The notes under the pieces are model-generated. The model saw nothing but the letters and a program-made list of their open reading frames with translations. It searched no databases and was not told where the DNA came from. Below, piece by piece: positions 49,459-63,141 of a DNA stretch of 64,000 bases (position 1 is its first letter; each line of letters begins with the position of its first letter). The translations under genes were made by a program, and so were the position numbers. Origin of the DNA: an uncultured Gemmatimonadales bacterium (lineage in GTDB: Bacteria > Gemmatimonadota > Gemmatimonadetes > Gemmatimonadales > GWC2-71-9); assembly GCA_963844035.1 (NCBI GenBank), contig CAWJMT010000009.1:64001-128000 (forward strand). Direction: 5' to 3'.

Positions 49459-51162
49459 TCAATCAGCGGCCGCCGGGAGTGGGGGCGCTTTGGTCTGGCC
49501 GTCGCGCGACAATACCGAGAACCGTGCAATGCTGGCGCGGAGACGCTCCGCGAGCTGTGCCAGCTGCTGCGACGTCGCCGTGAGGTCGCCCATGGCCGTG
49601 ATCTGGGTCTGCGTCGCCGCGGCTGCCCCGTCGGCGCTCTGCGACGACGCCGTCGAGATTGTCGCCACCTGCTGCAGTGACTGCGCCAGCTGGGCGAGAC
49701 GCTGGGCCTGGTCGCGCGATACCTCGGCAGTGGCGTTCACCAGCTCGCCGATCAGCTCGACGCCCTGGTGGAGCTCCTGCAGGGCGCCGTCCGCCTCAGC
49801 CGAGACGGCCCCGATGTCGCGCACTTTGGCCTCCCCGGACTGCATGGCGCGGGCGGCGGCATCGATCCCGGTGCGCAACTCCGACACCAGCTCCGCCACG
49901 TCTCGCGCCGACTTGCCGGCCTGCGCGGCGAGGGCGCGCACTTCGTCCGCTACGACCGCAAACCCCTCGCCGTGCTCCTCGGCACGCGCTGCTTCAATGG
50001 CGGCGTTGAGGGCCAGCAGGTGTGTCTGGCGCGCGATCCGCGCGATGGTTTGGGCGAACACGCCAATGCGCTCTGACATGCCCGACAGGCCGGCGACCGT
50101 CGCAGCCGTGGCGCGCACTTCCTCCCCCACCGAGCGCAGAGTCTGGCTGGCCCGAGCCACCCGCTCGCGCCCGCGCTCGGCCGCGGCGACCAGCCGCGCG
50201 GCATCGACCTGCATCAGCTCGGCACGGACGCGCAGCGATTCGGCTTGATCGGCAGTCTTTGCACTTTCGCCCCGCGCAGCGTCCGCCAGGGCCCGCTGGT
50301 TTCCGAGATCGGTGGCGAGATCTTGCGCGGTGTGCGTCACCGCCTCGGACGTGGCGTGCAGCTCTTCGGCTGACGCGGCGAGCTGCTCCGCGAACGCTGC
50401 GACTTCATCCGCTTCGCGCTGCACCGTCGAGATCGTCGTCCCGATCTCCCCGAGCATGCGATTGAAGCTCTTGGCAAGGAATCCCAGCTCGTCCGACTCC
50501 ACGGCGGGCGCCCGGACCGCCAAGTAACCCTGCTCGGCTTCGCCCATGATGCCCCGCGCCTCGCGGATCCGGTCGATCAGCGCCGCGGGAATGCGCTTCA
50601 ACCCCATCGCCACCGCGACGAACACCACAGTTTCGAGATACGTCGCCGTCGCGAGTCCCGGATCGCCGCCGTAGAGCAGGTAGTGAAGCTGGCTTGCCGC
50701 CAGATAGGCCAGTGCGGAAATCAGGACGAGGAAGTCGCCCACCGCGTGGCCTTGGTCGAATGCGTAGGGAAGCACGGCGATGAAGAACGCCGCCACCAGG
50801 CCGCCGTGGCCGAACCACACCACCAGGACGCTGACGAGCACCGCGTCGAGCATGGCGAGGGCGTAGACCAGCCACCAGCGATACCAGCCCCGCTCGTTGA
50901 CCATGCCGACCAGAGCGTTGAGCAGCGCCGCGCCCCCGCCGACGAGGACCATCGTGCCTGGGCGCGCTTTGACCATGCCGCCGATCCAGCCGAGCATTCC
51001 GATCAGCACACCCACCACGACCATGACCCAGCGACGGCGGTGCGCCCGGGCGAACGTCTCGAGGTCCTTGAGGCGCTGTTCGACCGCCGCCGTGTCGTCC
51101 GTCCATCCTCGGATGCGGGCGGCGAGCGAGCTACGGGCAGGAAGGGTGCCCGGCCGTGTCAC
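49459..51162 (-). CDS. Methyl-accepting chemotaxis protein (multi-TM sensor, HAMP)
   Basis: [54 protein letters not shown] signalling hairpin. Confidence 0.93.
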   Translation of the reverse strand: MTRPGTLPARSSLAARIRGWTDDTAAVEQRLKDLETFARAHRRRWVMVVVGVLIGMLGWIGGMVKARPGTMVLVGGGAALLNALVGMVNERGWYRWWLVYALAMLDAVLVSVLVVWFGHGGLVAAFFIAVLPYAFDQGHAVGDFLVLISALAYLAASQLHYLLYGGDPGLATATYLETVVFVAVAMGLKRIPAALIDRIREARGIMGEAEQGYLAVRAPAVESDELGFLAKSFNRMLGEIGTTISTVQREADEVAAFAEQLAASAEELHATSEAVTHTAQDLATDLGNQRALADAARGESAKTADQAESLRVRAELMQVDAARLVAAAERGRERVARASQTLRSVGEEVRATAATVAGLSGMSERIGVFAQTIARIARQTHLLALNAAIEAARAEEHGEGFAVVADEVRALAAQAGKSARDVAELVSELRTGIDAAARAMQSGEAKVRDIGAVSAEADGALQELHQGVELIGELVNATAEVSRDQAQRLAQLAQSLQQVATISTASSQSADGAAAATQTQITAMGDLTATSQQLAQLAERLRASIARFSVLSRDGQTKAPPLPAAAD

Positions 51163-51242
51163 GGGCGCACCCCAGTCAGCACGTCATGTGGCATCGAGTC
51201 TCTCACGACCATCATACTAGCGTGGCACCCTGCCACAAGCCG

Positions 51243-51794
51243 TCACCCGAGTCCTAAATCCCGGGCGGTCACCATGGACTCGACCTCAAAGCCCGCCTGC
51301 TCGAGGGTCGCGCGGCCTCCCTCTTGGCGGTCGACCACGGTGAGAACGCCGAGGACACGCCCGCCCTCTCCCTCAACCGCGGCAAGTGCCTCTAACGCCG
51401 AGCGCCCCGTCGTGAGCACGTCCTCCACCACGACTACACGGGCGCCACCTGCAAAGCACCCCTCGATGCGCCGTCCCGTGCCATGGTCCTTTGCCTGCTT
51501 GCGAACCGTGAATGCGTTGAGCGCGACCCCCTGTGCGTGAGCCGCCGCCGCGATTGCGTACGCGACGGGATCGGCACCCAGGGTGAGTCCCCCGACTGCC
51601 TCAGGTCGCCAGCCGCGGGCCCCGAGGCACTCCAGTCCGACCCGCCCGATCACGCTGAGTCCCTCCCCCGACATCGTGGTCAGCCGTGCGTCCACGTAGA
51701 AAGCGGACCGTCGTCCTGAGGCCAGAACGAAATCGCCGTGGCGTACGGAGCGCTCGCGGAGTAGCTCGATAAGTCGGTCGCGGCTGCTTTGCAT
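51243..51794 (-). CDS. pyrE: Orotate phosphoribosyltransferase
   Basis: FVLASGRRSAFYVD, RKQAKDHG, VVEDVLTTGRS. Confidence 0.94.
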   Translation of the reverse strand: MQSSRDRLIELLRERSVRHGDFVLASGRRSAFYVDARLTTMSGEGLSVIGRVGLECLGARGWRPEAVGGLTLGADPVAYAIAAAAHAQGVALNAFTVRKQAKDHGTGRRIEGCFAGGARVVVVEDVLTTGRSALEALAAVEGEGGRVLGVLTVVDRQEGGRATLEQAGFEVESMVTARDLGLG

Positions 51795-51801
51795 ATCGTT
51801 A

Positions 51802-51824
51802 GTAGTAGTAATAGCTACTACTAC
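51802..51824. repeat. AT-rich trinucleotide inverted repeat
   Basis: GTAGTAGTA-ATAGC-TACTACTAC, perfect 9-bp arms. Confidence 0.75.
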
Positions 51825-52729
51825 ATGATCCCTCGACGGCGACCAAGCTGCTTGAGGCGGTCCAGCAGGCCGGGCTCGGTGGGTGGTGCGGCATCAATGG
51901 CGGCCACAAACTCGGCGGCGAATTCGGTCACGGTCGGTTGCCGCCGGGCTGGGTCGCGCTCCAGGCCCCGCATCACGGCGGCCTCGAGCGCGGCTGGGAA
52001 TTTGAGATCGAGCACCGCCTTCCCGAGCGGCGTCGGGGTTCCCGTAAGCAGCTGGTTGAAGAGGTCGCGCGGTCGCAGGCCGGTGAAGGGGTGCCGCCCG
52101 GTCAACAGGTAGTACGCGATCGTGGCCAGACTGTAGAGATCGGCGCGACCGTCCACCAGCTCTCCTGACAGCGTCTCCGGCGCGACGTACTGCAGCGTGC
52201 CGACGAAGAAGCCGGAGCGCGTCAGCCGGGTTTCGGCCGACAGCTCATCGCGCGCGATCCCGAAGTCGAGCAGTTTGAGCGTGCTGCTGGCCTCGTCGTA
52301 CATGATGTTCTCGGGTTTCAGATCGCGATGGATAATACTGACTCGGTGGGCTGCGCCCAGGGCGTCGCCCAGCTGGCGCACGAGGGAGCCGACCAGCGGC
52401 AGCGCCAGGCGTCCCTTTCGCGCCACCACCTCGGCCAGAGACGTCCCTGCCGCCCACTCCAGCGCGAGGTAGTGCTGGCCCTCTTCTTCGCCGTACGCAT
52501 ACGTGCGCACCACATTCGGATGTTCCACCCGCGCACCGTATCCTGCCTCGCGCAGGAAGCGCGTCACCGCGTTGGGGTCGCTCTTCAGTCGTGGCCGCAA
52601 TACCTTGAACGCGCAGACACCGCGTTCGCCATGCTCGGCGCGGTATACCTCGGCCGTTCCCCCCTCACCGATGCGTTCGAGGAGGCGGTACCCGGCGATG
52701 GTGCGGCCGGTGAGATTCTCGGTTGGCAT
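51821..52729 (-). CDS. Cytoplasmic Ser/Thr protein kinase
   Basis: GEGGTAEVY, HRDLKPENIM, DFG, GTLQYVAPE. Confidence 0.92.
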   Translation of the reverse strand: MPTENLTGRTIAGYRLLERIGEGGTAEVYRAEHGERGVCAFKVLRPRLKSDPNAVTRFLREAGYGARVEHPNVVRTYAYGEEEGQHYLALEWAAGTSLAEVVARKGRLALPLVGSLVRQLGDALGAAHRVSIIHRDLKPENIMYDEASSTLKLLDFGIARDELSAETRLTRSGFFVGTLQYVAPETLSGELVDGRADLYSLATIAYYLLTGRHPFTGLRPRDLFNQLLTGTPTPLGKAVLDLKFPAALEAAVMRGLERDPARRQPTVTEFAAEFVAAIDAAPPTEPGLLDRLKQLGRRRGIM

Positions 52730-52769
52730 GGGAATGCGCGAAGCTATGCCTGGACTTCGGGTTGAGCAA

Positions 52770-54125
52770 GTGAGAGTGCGGTTCGCTCCGGCGATCGTGG
52801 CAGCTGGCATGCTCGCGGCATGCGGTCCGTGGCAACGCGTCGGCAAGGAGGCCCCTCCTCCCACCGCGGTGCCGAAGATCTCTGAGCGGTTCGACGTGAA
52901 CGCGATCTACCGCGGGATGGGGTTCGCGGTCGGGGGCCCGCCGCTCCCGTTCGTCGCGTCGCTCCACTTTTTCGCCGGGATGAAAGCGGACTCGACGCCG
53001 GGCGTGTTCGCCCTGTCACTTGCCAACCACGCGCTCAGTTTTCGGCGGGTCGACAGCAGCTTCGCCGCGGTGTACCACGTCGAGCTGGTGGTACGTGCCG
53101 ACACCACGGTGGTGTTCCGGAGGGTGGGGGACGAAACCGTGCGCGTGGGGACCTTCCAGGAGACGCTGCGCGTCGACGAAAGCATTGTTTTCCAGCAGTT
53201 CCTCGTGCTGCGTCCTGGGATCTACTCCGCCAGCGTGGTCGTTCGGGACCGCAACGGTCCGGCGTCCTCCGAGTCTCGGATCGTCGACACCGTACCCCAA
53301 TTCGTGGGGCCGGGCCTGAGCGAGCCGATCGCGACCTATCAGGGGTCGGGGCGCGCCAGGCTCGACACGGTACCCAATATCGTGGTCAATCCGCGCGCCA
53401 CACTTCCTTACGGGGCCGACTCGTTGCGCTTTTACGTCGAGGCCTACGGCCTCCCCGCAGGGACCGTCCTCGCGGCCAAGGTGCTCGATCCCGACTCCGT
53501 GGTGGTGTGGACTGGGACGGCGACCGTCAGCCGATTCGGATTGGCGCTCGCCCGGTTCGTCGTCAGTCCCTCCGACCTGCCGGTCGGCCGGTCGGTCTTT
53601 GAAGTCGAAGCGGTCGGGACCGAGGCGCGCACGGCGACTCCGTTCCTCGTCACCTTCTCGGAGCAGTGGGCGATCGCGAACTTTTCGGAGATGGTGGACG
53701 TGCTGCGATTTTTCGAGCGGCAGGACCTGGTGGCCAAGTTAAAAGCGGCGCCGCGCGAGCAGCGCGCGGCGGCGTGGCGGGACTTCTACCGCGCGAGCGA
53801 TCCGGTCCCCATCACCCCCGAGAACGAGGCGTTGGATCAGTATTTCCATCGGGTCGGGATTGCCAACGTGCGCTTTCCCGAGCCCGGGATTCCGGGCTGG
53901 CGGACCGAGCGCGGTGAGGTGTACATCGCGCTGGGCGAGCCCGAGACGATCAGCGACCTGGCCAACCAGGTCGGAGCGGGTCCGCGCCTGATTGAGTGGG
54001 AGTATATGAGCCTCCGGGTGACGCTCGTCTTTGAAGACGATACGGGCTTTGGGGAGTTTCGCCTCACCCCGCTGTCACGCTCCGAATTTCAACGCGTGGT
54101 CGCGCGCATACGCCGCGGCCAGTGA
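52770..54125 (+). CDS. GWxTD-domain lipoprotein
   Basis: LAAC lipobox; DPVPITPENE, PGWRTERGEVYIALGEP. Confidence 0.8.
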   Translation: MRVRFAPAIVAAGMLAACGPWQRVGKEAPPPTAVPKISERFDVNAIYRGMGFAVGGPPLPFVASLHFFAGMKADSTPGVFALSLANHALSFRRVDSSFAAVYHVELVVRADTTVVFRRVGDETVRVGTFQETLRVDESIVFQQFLVLRPGIYSASVVVRDRNGPASSESRIVDTVPQFVGPGLSEPIATYQGSGRARLDTVPNIVVNPRATLPYGADSLRFYVEAYGLPAGTVLAAKVLDPDSVVVWTGTATVSRFGLALARFVVSPSDLPVGRSVFEVEAVGTEARTATPFLVTFSEQWAIANFSEMVDVLRFFERQDLVAKLKAAPREQRAAAWRDFYRASDPVPITPENEALDQYFHRVGIANVRFPEPGIPGWRTERGEVYIALGEPETISDLANQVGAGPRLIEWEYMSLRVTLVFEDDTGFGEFRLTPLSRSEFQRVVARIRRGQ

Positions 54126-56361
54126 GGGTCGTTCCCGCCGCGCTGTTCCTGGTGGCAGCCGGAGCAGCCGCCGCCGTATGCCCAGACCCCCGTCCGCGTC
54201 AATGACCGCGAGAGTGTTGCCGCGGCCGACTCGCTGCGGCGAGCGGGGCGTCCCTGGCACGCGGCGGAGCTGCTCCTGGCGGCGACGGCGCACGACCCCA
54301 ACCCGAACGCGCAGTTCATCGTCGAGGGCGCGGCTGCCGAGCTTGGCGCGAAGCGCTATGAGCGCGCCCGCCGTTTCCTGGTCGGGCGTTCGTGGCTGGA
54401 GGACTACGAGGGCGGAGTGGCGTTGGCGGTGCTGGGTGCCGCGGAAGCCAAGCTCGGAATGTTCGAGCAGGCGGCGACCCATTTTGCCGCGGCGCGCAGG
54501 CGCGCGATCGGATCCAACGCCGCGCTCTGGGCCGTGCATGAAGGCCTCGCGTGGGAGCGGCTCGGCCAGCGGGATTCGGCGGCGAGCGCGTTTGCGGCAG
54601 CGCAGCGCGCGGGGTTGCCGACCATCGCCCCGTGGCTCCGGCTCCGCGAGGCGCGGGTCGTCAGCGATACGGCGCGAGCGGCACGGCTGCTCGCGGACCT
54701 GCCCGCCGCCCGCGACGCGGGACGCTCCGGCCGCGTGGGCGCTGGTGCTGCTCGCGACGGGGGACTCGCTCGCCGCGCTCGAGCGCTTGGTACAAGGCGG
54801 CCGGTCGCTCGATGAGGGTCGCCTCGCGTTGCAGCTGCGCGACTCGGCCCGGGCGCGGAGTGCCATCTACGCGCTGATGGCCCGGGCACCCGAGTCCGAC
54901 GATGCGGCGGCGGCGGTCGGGGTGGCGCTGGCGGCCCTCCCGCCGCGCGTGCCCGCCGAGCGGGTCGCCCTGGCCCGGGCGATGAAGTCCCACGGAGCCG
55001 CGGTCGACGCCAGCACGCAGGTGGCGCGGGCGGTGCAGGGGGGAGATTCGAGCGCCGCGACGCTACTCCTGCTTGGCGAGCTGCTCACGACTGCGGGCCG
55101 CTACCGTGAAGCCGCGCAGGCCTATCAGGCCGCGGCGCGCGACTCCGCGCTCGGCGCGCTCGCGACCTATCGCCGGGCACGCGTGCTGTCGCGGTCGGGT
55201 GCCCCCGGCGCCGCTGACGCGCTCTCGGCATTTGCGAAAGGCTACCCCGGCGACAGCGCCGCGCCGACCGCGCTCTACGTGTTGGGCGATGGTGCGGCCG
55301 ACCGCGCCGATTGGGTCGGCGCAGCGCGCTGGTTCGGCGCGCTGGTCGAGCGCTATCCGGCCGACCCAAGGTCCTCGCAAGCCCGGTTTCGCCTGGCCGC
55401 CCATGCCACGGACCAGGGACAGGTCGACAGCGCCGTCGCGCTGTATCGGGCTGAAGTTGCTGCCGGCGCCCCGCAGCGACTCGCGGCGCGGTTCTGGCTG
55501 GGGAAGATCGCGCGCGCGCGCGCCGATACGGCGACGGCGCAGACGCTCTGGACCGCGTTGGCGCAGGACGATTCGATCGGGTATTACGGCCTGCGAGCCC
55601 GCGGTGCGGCGCGGCTTGGCGCCGTTGGCCATCGCGGTACCGCCGGACCCGCCGGCGGTGCCGGCCGTCGCTCAGGGCCTCGCGCGCATCGACACGCTCG
55701 TCCTGGCGGGCCTGGACTCAGCGGCTCAGTCGGAAGTGCGGTACCTGCTGGGGCACCCACCCGCAGACCTCGAGTCGCTGCTCAGCTGGAGCGAGGGGCT
55801 CGCCGCGCGAGGCTGGGGTCCGGCCGGCGTTCGGCTGGCCTGGCTCGCCGCGATCCGCTCACCCAACGATCCGCGCGTGCTGCGCGCCATCTTCCCCTGG
55901 CCGAACCGCAGCGCGGTGGAAGCCGAGGCGAAGGAATTCGGCATCGATCGGCTGCTCCTGGTCGCGATCGTGCGGCAGGAAAGCACCTTCGATCCGCAGG
56001 CGCTCTCCCCCGCGGGCGCGCGCGGCCTGGCGCAGCTGCTACCGGGAACCGCCGCGTTCACGGCCCGGGGGCTCGACGTTTCCTTCGATGCCGATTGGAT
56101 CACGGTTCCGGACTTGAACCTGCATCTCGGCGCGGCGCACTTCGCCGAGCTGCTGCGCCGCTACAACGGTCGCGTGGAGCCGGCGGTCGCGGCCTACAAC
56201 GCCGGCTCGCGGCCCGTGACGCGCTGGCTCAGCCGCGCCGGAGCCGACGACCCGGACCAGTTCATCGAGCGGATCCCCTACGCGGAGACGCGCGGCTACG
56301 TCCGATCGGTGTTGCGCAACCGCGACCTGTATCGGGCGATGTACGAAGCCCCGGGCGATTG

Positions 56362-56362
<1 letters not shown>
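54122..56362 (+). CDS. slt: Soluble lytic transglycosylase with TPR repeats, frameshifts near 54175, 54720, 55600
   Basis: AIVRQESTF, SPAGARGLAQ, AAYNAG, IPYAETRGYV. Confidence 0.85.
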
Positions 56363-59190
<2,828 letters not shown>

Positions 59191-59264
59191 GCACGGCTCT
59201 TGCTCGAACTACCCCTGGTACCCACTATTGGGGCACCGCCCTTTCGCGCGTTGGAGGTTCTAAG

Positions 59265-59645
59265 GTGAAGTCACGCAGCGGCTTTACCCTGATCGAGGTG
59301 CTGGTGGTGGCGGTGATCATCGGGCTGCTGGCGGCCATCGCCATCCCGAAGTTCACCAACACCAAAGAAAAAGCGTACGTCGCCGCAATGAAAACCGACC
59401 TGCGCAACCTCGCCACCGCCGAGGAGGCCTTCTTCTATGACAGCGCGAAGTACAGCGTGAGCTTCGTGCAGATGAACGGCTACGTGCCGACCATCGGGGT
59501 GTCCGTCACCGTCAATGAGGCAACGACCAAAGGCTGGTCGGCGACCGCCATCAGCGTCAACACGCCGCGGCGCTGCTACGTCTTTTCCGGCACGGCCGTG
59601 CCGATCGGAACCGCAACCCTCGAGGGCAATATTTCCTGCTCGTAG
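59265..59645 (+). CDS. Type IV pilin-like protein
   Basis: SG/FTLIEVLVV prepilin cleavage motif, C-terminal Cys pair, RBS GGAGG. Confidence 0.88.
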   Translation: MKSRSGFTLIEVLVVAVIIGLLAAIAIPKFTNTKEKAYVAAMKTDLRNLATAEEAFFYDSAKYSVSFVQMNGYVPTIGVSVTVNEATTKGWSATAISVNTPRRCYVFSGTAVPIGTATLEGNISCS

Positions 59646-59683
59646 ACCGGCCCTACCGTGAATTCACACGCCGCCGCGAGGGG

Positions 59684-59911
59684 ATGTGTTTCGCCCTCGA
59701 CGGCGGCGTGTGGCTTCACCGCCATCGGATCAACGACGAACCGATGGTGCACCTGGTGAGCGCCGACAGCGAGCGCCTCCTCGCGTTGGCACCCACGCTG
59801 GGCCTCCGTCCCGAATGGCTGCAATACAAACCGCTGAAGGATCCCCGGACAGGAGTGCGGGTTCCGGCCTGGCACTGGGATGTGTGGGGGAGCCGCCTGA
59901 ACCAGCTGTGA
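59684..59911 (+). CDS. Small hypothetical protein (DUF4031-like)
   Basis: HLVSAD...LGL...WLQ...HWD pattern. Confidence 0.4.
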   Translation: MCFALDGGVWLHRHRINDEPMVHLVSADSERLLALAPTLGLRPEWLQYKPLKDPRTGVRVPAWHWDVWGSRLNQL

Positions 59912-59930
59912 AGGAGGGCGTGGGCGCCCG

Positions 59931-62208
59931 CTAAGCGTCCGGATCCCGTTCGATCTTCGGCGCACGCACCCCCGGCCACCAGTTCCACCGTCCCGCGATG
60001 TGCATGATCGCGGGGACCAGGACCATCCGGATCAAGGTCGCGTCGAGCAGCACGGCCGCGGCCAGGCCGAACCCGATCAGCTGGACCGCGAGCACGCGCG
60101 CGAAGGCGAACGTGCCGAACACCAGGATCATGATGAGGGCGGCGCTGGTAATCGTGGACGCGGTGGCCGAGAGGCCTTCCATCGTGGCGTGATCGTTGCG
60201 CCCGGTCTTGTCGAAGACTTCCTTGATCCGCGTCAGAAGGAACACCTCGTAGTCCATCGACAGCCCGAACACGGTCGCGAACACCAGCACCGGCACGACC
60301 CCCCAAATCGCTTCCGTCGGGCCCTCGAGCCCGAACAGCCGGCCGCCGTAGCCGTGCTGAAACACGAGAACGGTCAGGCCAAACGCCGCGCCGACGGAAA
60401 GGCAGTTGAGCAGCACGGCCTTGAGCGGCACGAGCAGCGAGCGGAACGCCACGAACAGCATGATGGCGGTGATGCTGAGAATGAAGCCGACGGTGACCCG
60501 GCAAGCGCCGCAGCAGCTCGATCTGCGCGTCGAGACTTGCCGCCGCAAAGCCGCCGACCAGCATTTCGGCGCCGCCCAGCCCGCGGACGCCGTGCCCGGC
60601 AATGGCGCGGACGCGCTTCGCGATCTCCATCATGCCGGTGAGCGAAACGGTATCGCCCGGGATGATGTCGATGAGTGTGGTGCGGCTGTCGGCGCTCAGG
60701 TACGCGTCGAAGAACTTGCGGTTCCGCGCCCGCGCCGCGGGCGCGTCGCTGTAGTAGATCGCCAGCTGCAGGGTGGATAGATCCGGATGCAGGCTCGCGA
60801 CCCCGCGGACTTCCTTTACGCGCGGGCTCTTCGCGAGGGAATCGGTCAGGACCTTGAGCCCCGCGACCCGGCGCGCCGCCAGCGCCGACTCGCCCTCGGG
60901 GAACTGCACCACGAGGCGGATGGGGTAGATCACGCCGCTCGCACCCATGGCCTTAAGGGCGGCGAGCCCCTGTCCCGACTCAGATTGCGGCGGGAACCAG
61001 TTGGTCGCCGGCAAGCCCAGGCGCAGCTGCGTCAGCGGCGCGGTGAGAAGGGCGATCCCGGTGCTGCCGAGCGCGACCGCGCGCCACGGCCGGTGGCCGA
61101 GCCACCGCGCCCACCGCTCCCAGCCTGTGGGCGCGTGAAACCGCGCGAGCGGCCGTGCGAGCCGCCGGGGACGGTCGATGTTCCGGCCCAGGATCGCCAG
61201 CACCGCCGGGAGGAACGTCGTGGAGAGCAGCACCGCCACGGCGACCACCAGCAGCCCGCCCGTCCCTACCGAGCGGGTGTCGGTCATCGACGTCGTGATC
61301 ACCAAGCCGAGGAATCCGACGAGCACCGTGAGTCCCGAGGTGATGACCGCGGAGCCGGCCGTCTCGATCGTGCGCACCGCCGCGTCCGTGGGAATGAGCC
61401 CGCGGTTCAGCTCTTCGCGAAACCGCGTGACGATGAACAGCGAATAGTCGATGCCCACACCCAGTCCGACCATCGTCGTGATGTTGAGCACGAACACCGA
61501 CATGGGCTGGAAACGGGCCGCGATCGTCACGAGGCCGAGCGCGATCGTGATCGCCAGAAACCCCACGACCACCGGCAGCATCGCCGCCACGAGTGCCCCA
61601 AACGCCACCACCAGGACCACCAGCGTCAGCGGCAAGATCCGCCATTCGCTCCGCTCGGTGTCTTCGGTGCTGATCGTCCGCACGTCGTAGTCGAGCGCCG
61701 GGTTGCCGGTGACCTTGATGTCGAAGCCCGACCCGCCTGGTACCCGGCCCACCGCCTCCCGCAGGGTGGTGCGGAACTCAGGGACGAAGTTGTTCGTGAT
61801 GTCTTCCGCGTGCGCCGGCGTGAGTGCGGCGATCAGGAACGTCGTGTGCCGATCCTTGCTCACGAACGTGGACTCGCCGATGCTGCGCAGCGACACCACC
61901 TGGCTGATGTATGGCTGGCGCTCGGCCGCCGCCGTGACCGAGTCCAGGACCGCCGCGAACCGGGGGTTCTTGAAGGGCACGGGTCCGTGCACCACGATGG
62001 CGACGTACTCGGCGATCGGCATGGGGAAGGCATGCCGCAGGAGGTCGGATGACCGGTTCGACTCGGTGAGCGCGCTCGCACGTCCGCGGACGTCCAGGAA
62101 GCGCTGGACGTGCGCCGCGCGCGGCGCGAATACGATTGCGAGCGCCGCCCACGCCGCGATCACCCAGGCCCGCCAGCGAATCAGGGCGTTTGCGGGTAAC
62201 GCGATCAC
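59931..62208 (-). CDS. MMPL/RND-family transporter, frameshift near 60500
   Basis: GLGVGIDYSLFIVTRFREE, FGLSMDYEVFLLTRI, LDATLIRMVLVPA. Confidence 0.9.
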
Positions 62209-62298
62209 CTACTGTCCAAGCATAAGCAGGCCACAATCATAGAGACGTCACGATGGCAAAGCTAGCGGCCGGCGCACAGCATTTGACATATTGCGCGC

Positions 62299-63129
62299 GT
62301 GGTCGACCGCCGACTCTCCACAATGATTGCTGCAGTGACGGTTGTACTCGTCACTCTCGTGCTATGGAGCGTGTTCTCCCCGCGAACGCTGCCGTCAGGC
62401 CGCCGCGCCGGGAGCCGGGAAGCCTCGAGGAGGCCCGGCCTGGAGCCCGATCCCGTAGGTCGGGGAACAGTGCCCCGTGCACAGCCCCAACCATATGTCG
62501 CGCCCGTGATACCACCGGAGACCCAGTCCGACGGCCAGCTGAGCTACATCGACCAGCTCGCGCGGGCGGAGAGCCGGCGCCGGATCCGCGCGAGCGCCGG
62601 GTACACCTACCTGGACGAGGTGCTGGCCGCGAGCGGGGACTCTTCACTGCGCCGCTGGGATGACCGCAACGGACGTCCCATTCGCGTGTACGTCCCGCCC
62701 GGAACGGTCGAGCATTTCGAGCCCGATTTCCTGGATGCCGTGCGTGGCGCGTTTGATACCTGGGTGCAGGCAGGCGTCCCCCTGACGTTCAACGCGTACG
62801 CCGATTCAGTGAGCGCGGAAATCGTGGTCCGCTGGACACTCCAGTTCAACATCGATCGCACCGGACAGACCGACCTCGTTTGGGACCAGGGGGGGCGCAT
62901 CGTCTCGGGCGTGATCACCATCGCGACGCTCGACCCGAACAGCAAACCGCTCGCGACTGGAGACGTTCGGGTCGTAGCGCTCCACGAGGTCGGCCATGTC
63001 CTCGGGCTCGACCACTCGGCCGACTCGAGTGACATCATGTTCGCGCGAGCGCGCGTCCGCGGTCTGTCCGACCGCGACATCCGCACCGTGATGTTGCTGT
63101 ACCAGTTGGCGCCGGGATCGATCCGGTAG
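62299..63129 (+). CDS. Matrixin-family metalloprotease
   Basis: HEVGHVLGLDH zinc motif, Met-turn DIM, N-terminal TM. Confidence 0.88.
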   Translation: MVDRRLSTMIAAVTVVLVTLVLWSVFSPRTLPSGRRAGSREASRRPGLEPDPVGRGTVPRAQPQPYVAPVIPPETQSDGQLSYIDQLARAESRRRIRASAGYTYLDEVLAASGDSSLRRWDDRNGRPIRVYVPPGTVEHFEPDFLDAVRGAFDTWVQAGVPLTFNAYADSVSAEIVVRWTLQFNIDRTGQTDLVWDQGGRIVSGVITIATLDPNSKPLATGDVRVVALHEVGHVLGLDHSADSSDIMFARARVRGLSDRDIRTVMLLYQLAPGSIR

Positions 63130-63141
63130 ACCGGTGGGCGC

